In this document: positions 60,290 to 64,000 of the stretch, one piece after another
Position numbering within the stretch: the stretch's first letter is position 1
Layout: the number at the start of each line of letters is the position of its first letter
Source: Tubulanus polymorphus
Taxonomy: Eukaryota > Animalia > Nemertea
Direction of reading: 5' to 3'
Assembly (NCBI RefSeq): GCF_964204645.1
Contig: NC_134034.1
Span: forward strand, 7,104,914 to 7,168,913
Length of the DNA: 64,000 nt
The notes under the pieces: model-generated
Told to the model about the DNA's origin: nothing
Databases searched by the model: none
What the model saw: only the letters and a program-made list of their open reading frames with translations
Program-made: the position numbers and the translations under genes

Positions 60290-61907
60290 TTATTTATTTT
60301 TTATCATGTTTACTAACCCAAAAATAATAGCACTTACAACTGTAATTAAAAATAAAATAATATGTTCAGCAGCAAAGTTAATAATGTTTCCTGCAGATTT
60401 CAATATAAAACCAACAATTGATGCAATAACTCCGGGCAATGCTGCAGCAGATTTTTTAGATAGTTCCCATAAATATTTTGCTAATTTCTTTAAACCATCC
60501 TAAACTTTATCTTGTATAGAATTATTATCATTTGGGGGTTTATCCGGTTTATTGGGAGTAGGAGTAGATTTTAATGAATTTGATATTGCTAAACCAATTG
60601 TTGTAAATAAGATAGTTACAGCTGTTAGAATTGAAAGAATTGTTATTCCTTCTAACTTAAATAATAATTTTATTCTATCTTTCAATGATATTTCAGAATT
60701 TGGTTTTATCAACAAATCTTTAAAAATAACTTTTAATCTATTAATATTATAATCATATGATTTTAATAATGATTTAATTTTATTGTAATTCTATGTTATA
60801 TTCTAAATCATCTTTTTCTTTTTCTAAATACGCATTTCTTTTTTTAAATTCGATTTCTTCAATAACGTTATTATCTCTATCTAATTTTAGTTGTTCTATT
60901 TCTTTATTTTTATCAGTTAATTCTTTTTCTAAAAATCTAACTTAATATCTCTTATACTTTTATCATGCGCAATTTTATCAGCTGATTCTTGCATACCATT
61001 AATTTCTCTACGCGTTTGTTCAGGAAATGCTTCTAATTCATCATCCGTTAAATCAAATAATCCTTTTTCTAGTAAAGATTGTATTCGATTTATTCCAGTT
61101 TCAGCACCGGGGGTATCTAAAGCACTATTCATCTCTTCTTCAAATGAATGAATTGTATCTAACATGCAATCAAAATGTTGTACTAATTGTAATTGACTTG
61201 AATCATTATCAATTTGTTGAATATCTCTTCTCGATGTTTCTGGTGTTGAAGATCTTAATTTATCTAATCGATCTCCATACTCTTCCATTTCTGGATCAAC
61301 ATAAGTAGGATTTAAATTTGGATTTTTAAATGGTGAATATTTGTTTATATCAATATTAGGAATTGGTTCTTCTTCATTTATTCTATCGAGTGCATTCCAT
61401 ATAATTCTGAGAAATTCTCTACCGCCTTTTGAACCTTCAATTGTAGATAATGCTAACATTCCAGGTTCAAACATATTTTCTTGTCCCATTCTAGATAATT
61501 GAATTGTTACAGTATTCCTATTTAATTCAAGATTATAATACCATGAATCATTTTTAAATTCTAAATTATTCATGAAAAATGGGTCATCTTCTAAAATTTG
61601 CATTACATGATTCCATGGGTTTATCAGGATATTCTTCTTGTTGTTTTTCTAATAGTTTCATAAATTCTTCTCTTTCTGTTCTAGTTGAAATTCTACCACT
61701 TTCAGGAGCTTCTAAATATTTATTTAATTTTTCACGTACTTCGGAATTAATTCCATCATAATCATCATCATAATCATCATTTTCACCTTAATTAGTATTA
61801 TATGCTGGTCCATCATCATTATCAATATTAGTTTCATTAAAATCAGGTTGTGGTTCATCACTTATACCGGGTTCATCAAAAGTATCCATTGGAATATCTT
61901 CTTCCAT
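60290..61907 (-). pseudogene. Large coiled-coil/membrane protein, frameshifted
   Basis: Ends conserved with 42791-44216 (DEPGISDE.PDFNET; ADKIAH.KSIRDIK; EGITI...), middle unalignable by eye. Confidence 0.72.
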
Positions 61908-61922
61908 TTATATGATAAAAAA

Positions 61923-63248
61923 TTAAAATTTGAAATATAATATTCCTCCTATAACAATTCCTATACAAGTTAAAGCTAATTTAGCATTTTCATGGGATTT
62001 ATTATCATTAGCAGTTTTAATTATATCATGCTGAATATTATCAGTTTTTATATTTTCTGAAGTATTGTAATATTTTATTTTAGAATCATTATTTAATTTA
62101 ATATTCTTAGTTTTAGTTTCTGTTGATTCAATATGTTTTTTATTTTGTTTCACCTTCCATTAATTTTGGAGCAGCAATAATCTTTTTATTTATATCATTT
62201 AATCCAAATGAATTATTAATTGTTGCAGATTTAATTAAATTATTATAACCAATTATGTTTCCGATCTTTAATACTAAATCATTAGAAATAATTAATAGAT
62301 TAGGGCCTATACAATAATTTAGTCTAATATATGATTTATCTGAATAATTTTGATATGTTACAATGTTTTCTGGAATCGATCTATTTTTATCATTCTGAAT
62401 GGAATCTTCAAATAATACTTTGAATTGTTTCTGCGCATCAAATGAAGTGTTATCATTTCCAACTATTGGTGATCTTGTTTCAACTTGCGCACCTAAAATA
62501 CAAATTAAATAAGTTCTAATTGATTGATTTATTCTTTGTATTCCAGCTTTAGTAAAACCTTCAATATTTGATAAAACGAAATAAACCCAACCATTATTGT
62601 TTTGTTGTTGTATATTATTATAATATTTTGGTAATTCATTCCAATTAAGTGTTCTTATATCTGAATTTGTCATTATTTTCCCAAATTCTTTAGTATATAA
62701 TATTCCTAATCCACCCATTGTACCAATTTTTGATCTAAAATCATCATTTGAATTAATATTAAATTCATTACATATTTTATAAAACTTATAAAATTAATAT
62801 TATTATTCAATTCTTTAAAATATTTTGAACCTGGTAAAGGACATTCTAATTCATCTAATATTAATTTTATTTGAAAATATGTATGAAATCTAAAAAGTGA
62901 TAACATCAATGGTAAACTTGGTTTATTTAAATGATCATTCCAATTAATTCCACATCCTGTTGTTGCGCAATAAACAGCAAAATTTAATTGGTTCTGCCAA
63001 TACTTCCTATTAGATTTTAATAACCATTGTTTTGCCTCATTTAAATTTTCAAAATTAATTGTATACACATGAAATATATTTTCCATCTTAACATTAAAAT
63101 AATTAGTTTCATTAACATAAATATATAAATCAATTAATGAATTTAAAACTTCATTTCTATATGAAATATCTTTATTAAAATCTATTGCAGGAATATTATA
63201 TTTAATTGATTTATTATATTGGAAAGCTTTTGGAAAACTATCTACCAT
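61923..63248 (-). pseudogene. YWQNQLNFAVYCATTGCG-family protein with C-terminal TM anchor, frameshifted
   Basis: Three ORF pieces homologous to 41441-42773. Confidence 0.75.
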
Positions 63249-63264
63249 TTATATAATTAAAAAA

Positions 63265-63690
63265 TTAATAATTTATTAATTCTTTTAATAATTTATCTTG
63301 TTCTTCAACTGTTATATGGCCATTTAAACTTATTGTATAATCTAGTGTATTCTTTAATTTATTGATTTCTTTTATATTAGTTTTAATTTTTTCTTTATTA
63401 CTTTTTATATTTAATTTTGAACTTATACCAGTTAAAACACTTGAACTTAATCCTAATACACCAATTGATATAGCTAAAGGTGTTAATGGTGAAAATATTG
63501 CTAAAAATGTTATTACAGAACTAATTGTAACTGAACCACTGATAATAAAATATTATATAATTTTACTTTTTAAATATTTTTTCTTTTTTATCATTAAGTC
63601 ACTTTCAAATTCTAATATTTTTTTTTCTAAATATATTTTTAATTTAGTTTTATTTATATCATGAGGAATAATATCAATATTATCATCCAT
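63265..63690 (-). pseudogene. Two-TM hypothetical protein
   Basis: Reverse complement aligns with 41007-41424. Confidence 0.65.
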
Positions 63691-63707
63691 TTATTTAGCA
63701 AAAAAAA

Positions 63708-64000
63708 TTACTTATTAGTAAATCTATATGCTACAAATATAACAATAACTGTTCCGCCTAAAATCCATATTATTTCATATTTCTGTTGTTTTTTACTTGG
63801 GGTATAATAATCTGATAATTTAGGTTTGTATAGATGTAATTTTTCTTTATTGGTTACCGCGTTATATAAACTCATTGCATCATCAACTGATTGAAAATCT
63901 CTATGTGAAATCTTCTGATCATATAATTCCTTGTTAATATAATCCATATAGTTTTGCCTCTTTTCTCTGTATTCTTCTGCAGCTTTATTATATTTCTCTA
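63708..64000 (-). CDS. MASAV-family membrane protein, partial (runs off the window)
   Basis: Homologue of 40565-40987. Confidence 0.75.
   Translation of the reverse strand, partial: EKYNKAAEEYREKRQNYMDYINKELYDQKISHRDFQSVDDAMSLYNAVTNKEKLHLYKPKLSDYYTPSKKQQKYEIIWILGGTVIVIFVAYRFTNK

Overview
Very AT-rich eukaryotic (animal-like) genomic DNA with no recognisable host protein gene. The window is a nested cluster of endogenous Polinton/Maverick-like DNA virus genomes, representing at least 4-5 independent insertions of one clade. They encode a protein-primed PolB with N-terminal Zn fingers and an EndoVII-like motif, an rve integrase with a chromodomain, an A32/FtsK-type packaging ATPase, major and minor capsid proteins, an HNH endonuclease and several hydrophobic proteins. 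No adenain protease is recognisable. One element is complete end to end (34791-51830, 6-bp TSD CCTGTT) but carries inactivating mutations. It sits in a Penelope-like retroelement, inside a 26.6-kb TIR element (30251-56831), which splits the ATPase of a second large Polinton (25176 to beyond 64000). The left part holds truncated and chimeric Polintons, a Harbinger transposase exon, a HINE/Helentron-type element, a non-LTR RT relic and a ~10.8-kb tandem duplication. Four observations stand out. (1) The termini are 150-411-bp fold-back hairpins with co-varying arms and G-T wobbles consistently on the 3'-end strand. (2) 14 of 17 genes of the complete element start at a poxvirus-late-like ATAAATG. 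(3) Two genome arrangements (convergent and co-directional arms) occur, with sequence evidence of TIR repair after the inversion. (4) Conserved non-coding stem-loops lie inside the viral genomes. Coordinates were counted by hand and may be off by a few bases.
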